35,214 nucleotides of DNA from Octopus bimaculoides (Eukaryota): contig NC_068984.1 in NCBI RefSeq assembly GCF_001194135.2, positions 93,974,318-94,009,531 on the forward strand. The letters are read 5' to 3'. Both the position numbers and the translations under genes were made by a program. Numbering within the stretch: position 1 is the first letter of the stretch; every line of letters begins with the position of its first letter. Of the stretch, positions 32,683 to 35,214 are shown in pieces. Under the pieces are notes generated by a model. That model was not told the origin of the DNA, made no database searches, and saw only the letters and a list, made by a program, of their open reading frames with translations.

Positions 32683-34485
32683 ATATATTGGCAGACCGAT
32701 TCCCAACCATTAGGGGGCGGTCTATACCAGGATGACTGTTTGCTTTATCTACATAATACCACAAACCAAAAAATACAAAGAGTTAAAAATAGATTATTCA
32801 GGTTTTTCCGTAGAATGGGTTTTGGTATCATCTTTGAAGATGAAACCTCCATAGCCAATTTCCTTGATGTCACTCTAGACCTACACACAAAAACCTTTTT
32901 CCCTTACCATAAACCCTCCACTAACCTTAAGTATATTAGCCAGTTTAGTAATCGTCCCAAAACAGTAATAAGAAATTTAGTTAGGAACATTTCACTTAGA
33001 TTTTCAAACCTATCCACAACTGAAAATATTTTCAACAATGAAGCTGAATTTTATAACTCTGCCTTATTAAAAGCAGGATATAAAGAAAAAGTTAGATACA
33101 TTAATTCTACTTACAATCATAATACCTGTGATAATAAAGATATTAAAATTGATAGTAACGATAAATACAATGATTGTCCTCATCATAAACCGATTGATAA
33201 TAACAAAGAGTCAGACGTTTTTCTACATTATAGGGGAGGTAACCGACAATTTAAACCCTTTTTTAATAATAATAATAATAATAAATTGAAGTCTTTTAGA
33301 AATAATAATAACACACATACAAAACCTGAATCTGATAAAAATATCTGGCTAATAATTCCATTTGGAAAACAGATTAAATCAAATCTGGTTTCCCAGTTCC
33401 GAAATATTGTTAATAAGAATTTTCCAAGACATTCTCACTACTTCCCAGTCATAAACACGCACAAGATTAGATTTGGATTTTCAAACACTAAAAATATCTC
33501 GCAAATAATATCCGCACACAATATGAGACTATTAAATTCACACACGGGTACTGATAGCAATAACATTAATTCAGACAATACAAACCATCACCATTATAAC
33601 AATAACAATACAAATAATAACCCAAGTAACAATAATTATAATATGAAATATAATAATAATAATAATTACCACAACATCATTATTTCGGAAGTTAATAGCA
33701 ACAGAATTAGTTTTTTAAGTGATAATGCGAAACTCAAGAACACTATATATCAATGCAAGGTCAGCACCCCTCACAATGTGTCTTTTTACATTGGATGGTC
33801 CTTTTCGCCAATATGCAGAAGAATATCAAACCATTATTCTTCTTTTAGGGATAGAAATAAACGCAATACCATGAGTCTTAGCATATTAATTTGGGGACTT
33901 AAAGACAACAACATAAAATTTAACTTAGACTGGTTAATTCTCTCCACACCTATACCATACGATAAAGGTAGGAAATTTTGCCCATTATGCAATACGGAAC
34001 TGTTCTTCATTTTATTCTCGAAGAATAAACTGGTGAACATGTTCATTGAAAATGCGTACAGATGTAAACATTGGCAACCCCACGCATTTTTTTCATACAA
34101 TTAACCCATACTAATTTATATGACGTAGACGACTCACCTATTTATCTATTAGTTTTTCACATAATTCGATCGATACAAGATAATTATACCTTTATATGTA
34201 TAAAGGTATGGTTGGCTTGTTTCACTTCATATATGTTATCTGAACACTCTCCATCTTTTGAACCCAAATTAGGACACCCAGAACGTCTATAAACATGAAC
34301 TTAAACATTACTTTCAGTTTAACTTAACATAAACATAACTTCCAACTATGTTAAATACGTTGTGCTCCAATAACCTAATTCCTTTGATTTCACTGCTCTT
34401 TCGTACCTCCATCTCCTTCACTTGCTGCTTTCACTTTCTTCAGCAAAGACAAGAGTTATTTATCCTGTTTAGGTTATACACACAC
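32683..34485 (+). mobile_element. Penelope-like element PLE2, 5'-truncated just upstream of the YxDD motif
   Basis: GLYQDDCL, ANFLDVTLDL, PYHKP, NIWLIIPF, TIY..FYIG, RRISNH, CPLCNTE, LVN..RCKH. Open frame from about 32713 to the stop at 34104; clearly diverged from PLE1. Confidence 0.88.
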
Positions 34486-34517
34486 ACACACACATATGTA
34501 CATACATATATATACAT

Positions 34518-34567
<50 letters not shown>

Positions 34568-34620
34568 TATGTATACATATATATACATATACACATATAT
34601 ATATACAAATATATATATAC

Positions 34621-34854
34621 ATAAATTTAGTAAATGGAGTAAAACGCATTTGTTAACTGAATACTTTTATTTCCAACATATGTTTCGAAGATTACAAATT
34701 ATACCTTCCAGAGGAATAGGTGATGTTGATAAGAATGTAATCTTATCAACATCACCTATTCCTATGGAAGGTATAATGTGTAATATTCGAAACATATGTT
34801 GGAAATAAAAGTCTTCAGTTAACAAATGCGTTTTACTCCATTTACTAAATTTAT
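34621..34854. repeat. Near-perfect fold-back palindrome (114-bp arms, 6-nt loop)
   Basis: Arms 34621-34734 and 34741-34854, 4 mismatches. Each arm carries GAAAC ATAT GTT ggaaat (34675-34686 minus, 34789-34800 plus). Confidence 0.95.
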
Positions 34855-34994
34855 ATATTTACTCAAGTACCCAAAATAACAAGGAGTTTCTACCTCATAA
34901 ACAGGAGTTACACCACAGTCATTTTGTGATCTTTGCTACCCTGGCATCTATTAATCAATTGATTTTGTCCGAGTTAATTATTAACTAAGAGAAA

Positions 34995-35113
34995 ATAAAT
35001 ACATATAAATATATATATATGCATATACATATATACATATATATATACACATATATATATGCATATATATACACATATATATACTCACATATATATACAC
35101 ATACATATATATG

Positions 35114-35162
<49 letters not shown>

Positions 35163-35214
35163 ATACACACATATATATGTATATATATACATATATATGT
35201 ATATATATATATAT
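34995..35214. repeat. Compound (TA)n/(TACA)n microsatellite
   Basis: Direct reading. Confidence 0.95.

Noticed and set aside
21634-32706. Antisense ORFs over the RTE and PLE copies (for example 22430-22693, 22837-23202, 27484-27720, 31685-32104)
   Set aside because: They are shadow frames of the retroelement ORFs with no independent protein features.
27078-32721. Both PLEs have one extra base in a G-run just before GLYxDD, suggesting programmed frameshifting
   Set aside because: PLE1 has other homopolymer frameshifts (for example the C-run near 26830-26845) and the upstream frame of PLE2 is only about 9 codons, so independent slippage is the simpler explanation.
34186-34209. 11-bp-arm palindrome ATACCTTTATA-TG-TATAAAGGTAT in the PLE2 3' UTR
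   Set aside because: Short and AT-rich, with no hammerhead core words nearby; no function can be supported.
57-35172. Many YI/YT/HT/CV-rich ORFs and X-filled ORFs in the supplied track
   Set aside because: They are translations of (TA)n/(CA)n/(TACA)n microsatellites or N gaps, with no coding signal.

Overview
AT-rich, gapped animal genomic scaffold. The repeat families look like Octopus/coleoid cephalopod (inference, not database-checked). No prokaryotic features, rRNA, true tRNA or CRISPR. The only supportable host gene is a minus-strand SLIT-ROBO RhoGAP (srGAP family). Six GT-AG exons (16619->8619, 884 nt) join in one open frame encoding the C-terminal F-BAR and F-BAR extension; the rest of the gene is outside the window or in gaps. 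The introns are packed with decayed mobile DNA: four RTE-type LINE pieces (one ending in three C2H2 fingers), two CR1/L2-type LINE pieces, SINEs, two mariners, an internally deleted Helitron and two divergent Penelope-like elements (PLEs), mostly embedded in (TA)n/(CA)n microsatellites. The most interesting signal is a set of PLE-type type I hammerhead ribozyme motifs: one near-intact, two degenerate and several half motifs. Their stem III loops differ but stay palindromic (ACACGTGT, ACATATGT, ACAGCTGT), and they recur inside fold-back structures. Also notable: Asn-rich linkers in both PLE proteins, and an srGAP intron at the position where human SRGAP2C is truncated. Most ORFs in the supplied track are microsatellite, N-run or antisense artefacts.
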